A stretch of DNA of 64,000 nt from Podarcis pityusensis (GCA_964106645.2 OZ067045.1), one strand, 5' to 3'. Shown: positions 1 through 40,977, numbered from the stretch's first letter. Program-made: numbers and translations. The notes: generated by a model from the letters alone, not told the origin.

Positions 1-2281
1 TCCTCTTTAAACCCTCAAGTGTCCTTGACTAGCCTGGAGGGCTCTTTCCCCTTCCCTACCAGAACTCCCTCCCAACCTTCTATTCTCGTTGACAGACTGC
101 TAGCATGTAGGCTAAATGAAGCTACTGCTTGGTGGATTTGTACCCAGTAGGGGCATATGGAAGGTCCCTGGTGTCTACAACACCCTAGAGAACCATGGCC
201 AATCAGTGTAGACAATCCTGAACTCCACAAACCAACTTTCTCTGCCCTCTTTCCCTCATCAGACAGCTTTCTCTGACCCTATTTCTCCCTATGTGTTCCT
301 GTGCACCCAACCAGAGAAGCACTCCCCTCATTGGTTAGAGTGGTGCTTTTCCCTTGGCGACTGCTATACTGTAGGGAGCCACTGGCTGAAAGGCCCTGCC
401 AGAGAAAAAAGGGGCCTCCCCTTCTTCCTTTCTAGGAAAAAGAGGCAGGAACTCTGGGATCGCATCCCTTGCTTTTGCTGGGAAAGCTCTTATACCCCAA
501 GCCTGTGCAAACTGACAAGGATTGCCTTGGCCAGAGAGCCTTTGGCCTTCATTCGATTGGCCACCATCTTGATTTGATTTATTATATTTCTATGCCACTT
601 TTCATTCAAATGATTCCCAAAGTGGCTTACAAACAATAAGCAATTAGAACATGATAGAACATATTAAACATCACAAATACAGGCTCCTTCTGTTCCCTGA
701 GGGCTCCCTGCTCCTGGTGCCCAGAAGGTGGAGGCGGAGCTCTCTCCTTCCTTTCCCCTCTGCATCGCTTCTCATCCATGTTAAGCCTTGGGCTGCCTTC
801 CTCTTTGCTGTCTTGTTCACATCGCTCCAGGCATGTCCACCCTGGGGCACTGGGGAGCCTGTCCAGCAGCTGGAACTTCCTTCCTTTTTCCTTCCCTTCC
901 TTGTTCCTGCTCCTACTGGCCTGACTGCTGGAAAGCGCAGGTCCTTCTCATGTCCTGGCTAGGAATTCCCTGCCAAACGGGAGCGCTGAGGCTCCAAGCG
1001 GTGCAGCGGAGGTAGTGAACGGAGGAGGCCTTATGTAAGGCTGGGGCAGCCCCTTCCCCCAAATGATAACAGCCCGTCCCCCCTGCACACAAGCTGGCTT
1101 TGTGTGCGGCCGCAGAGGGACCCTCGGCTGCTGCAACAGCAAGGTCCCTTTATGTGTGCCTGGGCCATGGGCCGTGGTGGAGGGGCCCGGGCGTGTTTAT
1201 TTTCTTAAAGAAAGCAGAGGGAGGGGAAAGTGGTGTTCACTGCCCTGCCTGGAGACACAGGCACCTTGTCTCTGCCAGGGGACAAAAGGGCTCTGTGCAG
1301 CCTGCAGCAGGAGCAGAGGGCTGCCAAGGTGGGGCAGCGGGGAGAGAAAGGGGCGAGGACAGGCTCCCTGCATCACCAAAGGCATGCTGGTGGCCCCTTG
1401 GCTGGGCCTGGCTCCTTGTGGGTCTTCCCAAGGGGAGATGGAAGGCCAAACCCTCCTGCTCCTCTGGTTCAAAACCTCCCCCTCCCTGACTCTGCTGTGC
1501 TGCACTTCACACACCAGGAGCTGCCGCCGCCACTGCGGACAGAGAGGCTGGAGCCCTGTGTGCAGCTGGTGAAAGGGAGGCCCCCGGGCAGCTCAGGTGT
1601 GAACTTTGGGGGCCTGCCCAAGGCGCCGGGCCCTCTCTCTCCAGGGGCCGAACATCAGTTGCTCTTTGTCTTCTTGCCCTGGGTGCTGGGGAGGAGGAGG
1701 GGCCCAGGTCACCTTGATGCCAGCCTCCTCTCGGGGCATTTGTGCTCATCACCTTCCTTGTCAGCCAGCATGAGGAGACTGAGGCTCTGAGGGCAGATTT
1801 GGGCCTAAGAAATGTTCTGGGGAGTAAGCGCAGCTGCAGCAGCAGGAAAGGTGTTGGGCCTGAAGTGGGCGGCCCTGAGCCTGACTGTTCTGCTGAGCAT
1901 CTTCTGGGCAGAGCAGCGATATAGGTTCAGCTCCCTCACATTGGAAAGCCTTTAATGTCACAGAGGAGAGTTCCCTGCGCTGCTCCCTGGCTACAGAGAT
2001 GGTTCTGTCATCCGGGGTGGGGAGCAAGGCACTCAGCATACACTCCTGCCCTCCCCAACCCCCAACATTACAGTTCCCTGCTGAGGGGCTAAGCTCCAAC
2101 TCTGCCACTGGAGGAATGGTGTGATTAAAGTGTTGGGGGTGAGGCTAGCTAGGGCTGGAGTGCTAGGGAGGTCTAGGGAACGAGGCTGCCCGACTGCCCC
2201 CACTTATGGGCCTGTGTCCACCAGGGCCACTCTCCCGGTGTAATGGCTTTCCCCCCTCTTGTCACTCTCTGTACCTCACAG

Positions 2282-25938
<23,657 letters not shown>

Positions 25939-27389
25939 CTCCAAAGAGATCCTCCTGGGAAGCCATCCTGAATACCTGGAAATGGAGCCAAATCTCCAGG
26001 AAGGAAGGAAGGTGGAAGGAGGTGGCTTTGTGGAAGAGGGATTGCCCAGGCCTAGATCTTGTGGTTGGAGAACTAGAGGCTGCAGAAGGTGCTCCCCTTC
26101 TCTGCCCCCTCCCCCCCCAAAAAAAAATATTTAGTTGCTTTCCAGCAGAGCAGTGGCTGCAAGTGGTATCCACTTCCTTCCCTGTGGATTCCTTGTACCA
26201 GTTTCTGAGCTATGCAGCCATTCTGCCCCACCTATGGGCCTCATGGGCTTTTGTCGTAGCTGCCTTTTAAAGCAATCCAGACCCAACCCCCACTGGTACC
26301 AACCCACCAGGACATCCTGAACATTATGTCAAGGCATTCTGCACAGGAAAAAAGAGCACTTTTGAGAATTGCCCCCTTGCCAAGGACACTGGAGTGTGTT
26401 GCGAGCCCCTGCTCCAGATAGCCGCTGGGGATCAGTAGAGATGGGTGGGATCTAGAGGCAGGATTCCCTACAACTTTCCTAAACCCACCTCCTCTTTCCT
26501 GAGGCCTTTTCCCACTCCCTGTGCTGGTAGGTGAGGCTTCTGTGCCCTGCAACCATGCTGGTTTTCTGCTGAAAGCAGTGGGCAGGATTTGGCCCACATC
26601 CCAGGCTCCACTCCTCCCCAAACCCATGAAGCAGAAGACAGGGCAGGGCCCCAGGCAGTCCCCAGCTGTGTCATGGAGCAGGATCTGGGCTGTTCAAAGC
26701 AGCAAATGGGTACCCCCCTCAACCCCAAAGGCTATAGACAGGAAGAGAGAGGACGGCCTTTGGCCAGATTGCAGGGGAGGCCAAACCAGGCTTCCGCCAG
26801 GCATGGAGAACCTGAGTCTCCTGATCTGAGCTGTTCCAAGTCTTGTTGGAAGTGGGGCATCTTCTTTTTCTGGAAACATTGGTGCCCAGTGAGCTGCAAG
26901 ATTGTAGGGGGAAGCCTTTACCTTGAATGTCTGCAAAACAGGTTATCCCAAGTGCAGAACTCTGAACTTTTTTGCACTAAAAGGCAGGAAGAAGGGGCAG
27001 GGGGCGAACCAGAAGAATCCCCTGTCTTTATTTCTGGGTGGTTTTTTAAAAAAAAATCCTCTGATTGGAGTATGTGTGGCTGGCACACCCTGAGAACAGG
27101 GACCAGATGCAAGAGTGGGAGTGGCATACGTCTGTGTGTGTGTCCTATGGCTGCATGGCAGACGGTGGGGATGCCTCAAGCCTCCACAGCAAGGTGTATG
27201 TCTGCATATGAGAGCTGGACTGTGTGTGTGCGCGCGCGTGTTCGTTTGTAAGTAAGTGTGTATATAAAATGTGTATAAAAATGTGTATATAAATGTCTGT
27301 GGATACAAAGAATTGCAATAGCTTTTGATGGGGATCCTGGATAGTTTTGTACTGCATCATCCTGCCTCAGTGACGCCAATTTCTTGTGC

Positions 27390-27395
27390 AATAAA
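27390..27395 (+). terminator. WWP2 polyadenylation signal AATAAA (3'UTR about 25939-27415)
   Basis: First AATAAA I found after the stop codon, followed by GT-rich sequence (cttgtgggcttcatgtgtccctctgtgctttg). Confidence 0.75.
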
Positions 27396-29167
27396 CAATC
27401 CGCAGCTGCTTGTGGGCTTCATGTGTCCCTCTGTGCTTTGGGACCCTGATGTGGCTTCTCCTGGGTGCTGGGTGGGGCGGTTCCCAAACGTGTACATGGC
27501 GAAGGTTGTTGCTGTGTTAGAGCCACAGGTGGGGGCACCGCAGCTCTCATCGCCCTCTGGTCTGTGTGCTTCCCCCAAACCCCCACTGTAGGATGACCCA
27601 GTTGAGAGTTTGGCCTGACTCCTGCCTGTTTCCCTGCTTGCAGGTGGAGGTTTTTGACCCCCTGTTCCTAATGCTCTGGCTTGAAAGGGAGCAAGGGGAA
27701 CATCCTGTAGACAGGCAAAGAAGAAGAGCCCTAGGCAGGCCTGGAAACCCAGGGCGACCAAAAGGGGTTAAATTCTCCTTGCTTTTAAGCACATCATCCA
27801 GCCCACTGCTGTGCTGCAAATACTTGTGTCTGTCATTCAACTCAGCAGTTAGACGAATCTCCCCATCTAGTCCACTTCAGCAGTGCAGAAGTGGCACACA
27901 TTTTCGCAGCCCAAGAGGGGAGGCATAGCAGCTCCTGCCACCACTGCTCAAGGGCCTGCAAAGATTTGCATGCACTCAGAAGAGTGGAGAAAGGACCCCA
28001 AGGGGCTCAGTTGCAGGAAGGCTCATGTAGGCTGCTTGGACTTCAACGTTTTTCCTGTTCGGGTTTTGAAAGTGTGTGCCCAGAAGAGGCTGGGGAGAGT
28101 GGTGTCCTTATATGCAGGAGTGCCATTGGGCTTTCCAGGATGGGCACCTGGCAGGCCATTGTCAGAACAGCAGGCTGGGCTAGATGGGGCCCCCTTGGGT
28201 CTGGTCGAGCTCCAGGGCTCTGCTTTTGTTCTTCGAATGCTCAGACGGGAAAGCCACATTTTGCAGCAGTCCCAGGCCGCCGCCACTGCCTTCCCCAGCT
28301 GACTTGTCTCCTGCTCCAACCAGGGAAACCAAAGAGGCCCCCAAGCTAGCCTGGCGCCAAGGGAGCCATTGCAGGCCTGGCACACAGGCTGCTGCTCTTG
28401 GCATTTGGAAGCGAAGGTGGGGGGTGGGGGTGGGGGAGGTGTGACCACTTCCTCCAACTCTTTAGCGCACAACCAGAGCCAGAATGGCTCTGCTGGGCAG
28501 CATTTGGTGCCAAAGACAAGCCCCCTGTGTTTCAGAGGAAGTTTCCAGGGCCTGGGGGGAGGGAATTTGCAAAGGCTTCTACCTGAAGGACTGTCAGAGG
28601 GGAGGGGTTGGGGCCTGTAGCGGAAAGATTTCCCCTCCTCTCTGCCAGCTTTAAAAGCATGGCTTTGTCCCTGAAGGCAGAGAGCAGCCTTGTGTTGTGG
28701 GCAGAAGGAGGGAGCAGCAAAACATGTTTAGCTTGGCCAAGAGGCACAGGCTGGCTTTGTGAGCTCTGCTGCAGGGAAAGAAGATCACCCTGTTCTCTGG
28801 GGAAGCAAAACAGCCAGAGATTCCCACTGCTGGGGGAGTCACTCTGGGAAACCAGGAGGGCGAGCCCCATGCCCTTGTTTGGCCAGTGAAACCCTCACAC
28901 ATTCCAAACTGGAGGTGAGTGGCCCCTGCCAGCGTTAGGGTGTGACGGCTTGGAAGGTGTTGGGGCAAGCTTTGCCATCTTCCAGGCTCTCAAGCTAGTT
29001 TGCTTTCTGTTCCATTTCCCAGGAGAAAACAAAAGCAATGGAGCCAAATAGCAGCAAAGTGACGGAGAGGAAGGCTGGGCCAAAGACAAGAGGGCAGTGG
29101 CTATTTTAGAAGCAGTGCTATTAAGGCAGCTTGCAATGGCTCTCACTTCCAAGATAACTTAAAGTGG

Positions 29168-29293
29168 CCGGGGGGTGGAGAGAACCTGTGGGTCTCTAGC
29201 TGTTGCTGGACTACAACTCCCATCATCCCTGGCTATGGTGGATGGGAGTGAAGTACCAAAAATAGCTGAAAGGTCACAGGTTCCTTGCCTCTG
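29168..29293. mobile_element. Palindromic hAT-type MITE
   Basis: Fold-back gaacctgtg..ctacaactcccatc / gatgggagt..cacaggttc; same family at 37436-37515, 47293-47430, 55446-55586 and 60943-61035. Confidence 0.65.
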
Positions 29294-29833
29294 TCGGACT
29301 AACACTTTTGAAAGCAGGGGGAGCACAGGTCAGTAGATCAGTGGTCCAACTGACCTTCGCCCTGCTTGTAGCTTATAGGGCTGAAAAGCCTGTGCCCCTG
29401 TGGAGCCACAGCCAGGTGAAATAGATCATACAGGCCAGCAGAAGTCTCATGAAAGGCAACTTCATCTTCTACTAGGGAGGGGCCATAGCTCAAAAGGTGA
29501 AACACATTTGTGTGCAGAAGTTCCCATGCCTATTTTAAGGGCTCAGTAGGCAATGGGAAAGACCTGTTGCCAGGAACAGACCCTATTTGGTTAAATGGAC
29601 AGAGCCTGGTCTGGTAGAGGACAGCATCCCATTTCCCCCCTCTTAGACTCTGTATTGTTTGGGGCATTCTAAGCAGAACCAGCAGGTCACTCTGAGCTGA
29701 GGCAAATGGCTGTCCACCCTGTGCCATGATAATCCTATAAAGTCATTCAGATGAAAAATGACACCCAGCAAACTTCCAGACTTTTGCTTTTTTAGCACCA
29801 ATCTATTTACCAGTAGTTAGTGCACATGTTACA

Positions 29834-30187
29834 GGGACGTGGGTGGCACTGTGGGTTAAACCACAGAGCCTAGGACTTGCCGATCAGAAGGTCGGCGGTT
29901 CGAATCCCCGTGATGGGGTGAGCTCCCGTTGTTTGGTCCCTGTTCCTGCCAACCTAGCAGTTCAAAAGCACGTCAAAGTGCAAGTAGATAAATAGGTACC
30001 GCTCTGGCGGGATGGTAAACGGCGTTTCCGTGTGTTGCTCTGGTTCTCCAGAAGCAGCTTAGTCTTGCTGGCCACATGACCTGGAAGCTGTACGCTGGCT
30101 CCCTCGGCCAATAAAGCGAGATGAGCGCCACAATCCCAGAGTTGGCCACGACTGGACCTAATGGTCAGGGGTCCCTTTACCTTTACC
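29834..30187 (+). mobile_element. Full-length Sauria SINE with target-site duplication
   Basis: tRNA-like head (GGGACGTGGGTGGCACTGTGG...GGTTCGAATCC), Sauria body, (ACCTTT)n tail; TSD TTAGTGCACATGTTA at 29817-29831 and 30188-30202. Confidence 0.92.
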
Positions 30188-32013
30188 TTAGTGCACATGT
30201 TAAATCCTTATCCAAGCGCGCAAAGATGTTGGAGAGCATCCAGCACAGACAGCTGTGAAACAAATCTGGTGACTTCCCTTGCAATTAGGAGCCTCTCCTA
30301 ATCCATGCATGTTGCACACAGGTCTGGAGGTAGGTACTTCATCTCTCTTTCCCTAGCAAAACACAGAACTTCAGCTATTACTCTACAATGTTCTTCACTC
30401 TACCAAAGGCAATTACAGTACTGAATCAACTCATGAAACCAGATCTTTTGGACATGATCTAGTCTTGCAATAAGCAGCAGCCTACTGGCTTCTAGATAGT
30501 TCTGTTCAACCATTGTCACCTTGATTCTCATTCCTTCCACCATCAGCTACTGTGTTCGTGTTGAATTTCTCATCTGACTAGCCAGGACTCCAAGGGGGTG
30601 AGGGGAATGTCCTTTTTCACACAAGCAGCTTTGGGCTGCTTGACTGTCTGACCTCCTTCCTAGTTTGCAGAAAAGCCCTTCTGGATTCCATCAGCATCTT
30701 GCCAAAGCCACTTGGGAGAACTGCTGCCAATCCTTAACAGGCAGTTTCCTTTGTAATTAGAGGGGCTGCAGTGGGGGCTGAGTTTGAAGTCACCGTTGTC
30801 ACAGGCTTGGCTGCTGTATCAGAGCTCTGCTCTTGCTGCTCTGGGAATTGGAGGGCGGCAGTTGTCATAATCTCCAATTTCACTGGTGGGCCAAAGAGCC
30901 TGTAAATTAGCAATTCTTGTCTCAGGAACAAACATCTTCCAGAGAGGTTTTGTCCTAAGCAAAGGGCCTACCTGGGTATCTGACTTGCTATAGAAAAGCA
31001 GATAAAAAGACTTCACAGGAAAATGCAGAGGTTGGTTGTTTCCGCACAGGTTTGAATCCCAGTTTCAGGTCTCCCTACAGCAACTAGGCAGCCACTTGAA
31101 AAAGCAAAAGCAGAAACAGTAAAAGTTCTGCAAAAAAGGGCCTCAGACAGATGTGTGCAAAAGCAATGCGAGAGGAAGAAACAAAAATCAAGGATGCTGT
31201 GCTGGAGAAAAGTGCAAATCTTTTCCCCATGTCTCATAAAACAAGACCTCAGGCTCTGGAACTGATTGGTAGCTGACCTAAAACATGCAAAAGGAAGTAC
31301 TTCACAGAATGCAGAAATAATTCACAGAATTCACTCCAGCAAGGTGTACTGATCACAACAGCTAGGTATTTACATATATTTATGCATATTTATGTGTGTG
31401 CACATGCATGTGTGTCTACAAAACAACAAACATAACAAAAAAGAAATAAAACAGGAAAATGACAAAAACAGAAGTGGTATGCCTCTGAATACCAGTTGCT
31501 GGAAATTACAAGTAGGGAAAGTTACTGTTGTGCTCAGATCCTGCTTGCAGGCTTCCCACTGCCGTCTGGTTGGCCACTGCGAGAACTGAATGGGGTGTCA
31601 GATGGGCCTTTGGTCTGATGCAGCACCCAGAGTCTGCCCATGTTCCTTTGTTTCATCTCTCTACTCTCTTCCCAAGTAAAGATTTCTTCCTTAAACCACT
31701 ATGTCTGTGAAGCGGAAAGCAAACGACCTGGTCAAGGCTAAATATCTCCCCTTCATGCCACCTGTCTTGAAAGAGGCTATGGGTGAGGCAGGTTCCTAGT
31801 AAAGTAACCTCCTTTAGCCCCAAAAGTTTGCCAGCTTGTTCTTGGACAAGGTGGGCATATGCGGCAGTGGTAAGCAATTAATGGTCACCTCACGAGCAAG
31901 CAATCTCTCTAACCCTCTCCTATTGTGCAACGGTCAAGATCTTGCCTCTTTTGTGGATAATGTGCAATTTTTACTCTCTTATTGTTTGATGGTTTTACTG
32001 TTGATGGCTTGTT

Positions 32014-32368
32014 CAGTGGTGCCCCGCAAGACGAATGCCTCGCAAGACGAAAAACTCGCTAGACGAAAGGGTTTTTCGTTTTTTGAGCTGCTTCGCAAGA
32101 CGATTTTCCCTATGGGCTTGCTTCGCAAGACAGAAACGTCTTGAAAGTTTGTTTCCTTTTTCTTAACACCGTTAATACAGTTGCGACTTGACTTCGAGGA
32201 GCAACTTGTAGAACGCGGTGTGGTAGCCTTTTTTGAGGTTTTTAAAGACTTTGGTGATTTTTGAAGCTTTTCCAAAACTTTCCCGACACCGTGCTTCGCA
32301 AGACGAAAAAAATCGCAAGACGACAAAACTCGCGGAACGAATTAATTTCGTCTTGCGAGGCACCACTG
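32014..32368. mobile_element. Non-autonomous Tc1/mariner (pogo/Tigger-like) MITE
   Basis: 22-bp TIRs CAGTGGTGCCCCGCAAGACGAA / TTCGTCTTGCGAGGCACCACTG (1 mismatch); TA on the right flank, TT on the left; internal CGCAAGAC repeats. Confidence 0.85.
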
Positions 32369-32441
32369 TATGTCATTTAAACTTTTCCCTACTTTGGGGG
32401 TTGTATTGACGAGGATTTCTAAAACCAGCTGCATGAGTGTT

Positions 32442-32475
32442 TGCTGCCACCTGGCGGCTGAAGCTCATTATTGCA
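32442..32475 (-). promoter_or_regulatory. Candidate CTCF site (core plus upstream motif)
   Basis: Minus strand reads TGCAATAAT-gagctt-CAGCCGCCAGGTGGCAGCA: a CCGCCAGGTGGCAG core with a TGCAAT-type upstream module at the usual spacing. Confidence 0.65.
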
Positions 32476-33426
32476 TGAGCTCTGGCAAAAAAGTACCAGT
32501 ACCTCAGGTTGTTGTTGTCTTTGCTGTACTTCAGAACAAATCCAGGCAAGAGCTGGCCTGTGGTCTACCTCTGGTGTGTGCATCTGGGGGTGCATAGCCA
32601 TACATGCCCCCATAACAGACTTTCTTGGTTATGGGATTAAGCTTATGGTCTCACTGGCCAGACTGGATAGTCCAGTTTAGGGTGTGCGTCTGTGGGGCCT
32701 GCTTTTGAACACTGTGAGCAAACAAGATCAAGACTCTGTCTTTGTAGCTGGCTGAAGAGGCATTATGCCATGCCAGGGCTGACAGCTTTTGCTAAAGCAA
32801 AGACTAACCAGGCTGTCTGCCCTAGTGCCATTTCTTGCTTCAGGCTGTATACAGATCAAGGACAGGGAACCTTTTTCAGTCAAAGGGCCACATGGCAGTG
32901 GTAGGCATGGGCAGAGGCAAAAGTAGGTGGAGAAATTAATATACATTTCCCCTATATGTAACAGCTTTTATTTCTACACACATTCCTGTCTCTCATCCAT
33001 CCAGGCAATTAGAAATATTAAGAATTCTGGGACACGTTCCAGCCAGCCAAAAACACTCAAGGAGACTTCAAGCAGAGCTGGTGAGAATCTCATAGAATCA
33101 GAATTGGAAGAGAGCCTAATGGTCATCTAGTCCAACCCCCTGCAGTATAGGAATCTCAACTAAAGCATGCATTACAGATGGCCATCCAACAATTGCTTTA
33201 AAATCTCCAGAAAGCACCTCAAGGGCCATGCAATGTCCTGGAGGTGCATTTGGCCTCATGGCTTATTATCATCCCTGCCATAGATGGTCCAGTTAAACAG
33301 ATATTGCTCAGGTCATCTCATCTTCTATCTAGCTACCCACCTACAAACCAAGGCAGTTCTGGGTACCCCCCAAGCCTCTACTAACAAAAAAACCCACAGC
33401 CAGCACCAGAGTTCAGTTTACAAGGT

Positions 33427-33432
33427 TTTAAT
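33427..33432 (-). terminator. Candidate PSMD7 polyadenylation signal ATTAAA
   Basis: TTTAAT on + strand, 21 nt past the stop, followed on the minus strand by a GU/U-rich tract (ggctgtgggttttttgtt). Confidence 0.55.
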
Positions 33433-33453
33433 ATACAAATACAAAATCCTACT

Positions 33454-39320
<5,867 letters not shown>

Positions 39321-39526
39321 CCAGAACACTCTGGAGGGAAGCCGTTGATGAATGATTTAAGCGTCCTTTTCGTTCACAACCTAAGTCTGGAGGCGGCTTT
39401 AGCATCCACCCAAAGATACTTTTTCTACGTTTTTTAGGAAATTTTGGGAAATTTGAGGAGGGAAAAAACCCGAGATTTGGTTTCAGGGAAGACACTGTAT
39501 CGCTGCTAACACGTGCAAGACACATT

Positions 39527-39958
39527 TTGTTGTTGTTGTTTAGTCGTTTAGTCGTGTCCGACTCTTCGTGACCCCATGGACCAGAGCACGCCAGGCACTC
39601 CTGTCTTCCACTGTCAAACTCATGCTGGTAGCTTAGAGAACACTATCCAACCATCTCGTCCTCTGTTGTCCCCTTCTCCTTGTGCCCTCCATCTTTCCCA
39701 ACATCAGGGTCTTTTCCAGGGAGTCTTCTCTTCTCATGAGGTGGCCAAAGTATTGGAGCCTCAGCTTCAGGATCTGCCCTTCCAGTGAGCACTCAGGGCT
39801 GATTTCCTTCAGAATGGATAGGTTTGATCTTCTTGCAGTCCATGGGACTCTCAAGAGTCTCCTCCAGCACCATAATTCAAAAGCATCAATTCTTCGGCGA
39901 TCAGCCTTCTATATGGTCCAGCTCTCACTTCCATACATCACTATTTGGAATACCATAG
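39527..39958 (-). mobile_element. Bov-B (RTE) LINE, 3' segment with (CAA)n tail
   Basis: Minus-strand peptide RVPWTARRSNLSILKEISPECSLEGQILKLRLQYFGHLMRREDSLEKTLMLGK; typical Bov-B 3' end (gagtcggacacgactaaacgactaaacaacaac). Confidence 0.93.
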
Positions 39959-40549
39959 TGTAGCCTTATGAGGCTTTGCCCTTGGGTGGGAAAAATATTG
40001 CGCCCGGGAAAGGGAGGTGGGAGTCAACAGGCACTCAAGGAATAGTTTCGGAGAAAAAGCTTTATTTCTACCATCCATGAACTGGTAGAAGGAGCAAGTG
40101 TGATAACTCACAAAAAGCATGCACGAGTTCACAGTCATGTGCACAAACATATATACCCCTTCCAGTTCCCGCCCCCTTTCTCCTCCTTCTTCCAGAGTCC
40201 TGCCCATGAGTTCCTCTGAGCATGAACAGAAAGCTGTCTTGGGACTATTGGACTCTTGGCACCCTTCCCAGGAAAGGGGGGTGAGAGCCAAGGGGTCTTC
40301 AGCATGTTCAGATGTGTTGCAACTAGAGTGAGATAAGATTCGTTTCTCAGGCCTGCTTTGAACAGAGCCTATTCATTAGCTTTTTGAAGCCTTCTTGTAC
40401 TGATAAAAAGTAACGGTTTTGCCTTGCAACAGCAGAGCAAATGAGCAGATGCTTAGCTGCTGAGAAAATGATTTTGAAAAGCTTTGAGAAGCTTTGAGCC
40501 TGCTTTAGGGGGGGTGACTTCGGGCCTAGATGGGGTCACCTGTCCTTCA
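39959..40549 (-). mobile_element. Probable solo LTR (ERV/LTR retroelement) inserted in the Bov-B copy
   Basis: 591 bp bounded by TG...CA (TGTAG / CTTCA imperfect inverted ends). The minus strand shows, in order, CCAAT (40251-40247), GC box (40175-40168), TATATA (about 40155-40149) and AATAAA (40066-40061), which is the U3-R-U5 layout. Confidence 0.7.
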
Positions 40550-40977
40550 TTCTTTATGGTCCAGCTCTCACTTCCATACATCACTATTTGGAATACCATA
40601 GCTTTAACTATAGGGACCTTTGTTGGCAAGGTGATGTCTCTGCTTTTTATGATGCTGCCTAGGTTTGTCATTGCTTTTCTCCCAAGAAGCAGGCGTCTTT
40701 TAATTTCGTGACTGCTGTCACCATCTGCAGTGATCATGGAGCCCAAGAAGGTCAAATCTCTCACTGCCTCCATTTCTTCCCCCTCTGTTTGCCAGGAGGT
40801 GATGGGACAAGTGGCCGTGATCTTAGTTTTTTTGATGTTGAGCTTCAGACCATATTTTGCGCTCTCCTCTTTCACCCTCATTAAAAGATTCTTTAATTCC
40901 TCCTCGCTTTCTGCCATCTAGGTAGTGTCATCTGCATATCTGCATATTTGAGGTTGTTGATATTTCTTCCGGCAATC
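40550..40977 (-). mobile_element. Bov-B (RTE) LINE, upstream RT segment, 5'-truncated
   Basis: YADD region disrupted by an 8-bp duplication, then MAESEEELKNLLMRVKEESAKYGLKLNIKKTK...EIKRRLLLGRKAMTNL...MYGSESWTIK. Confidence 0.93.
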
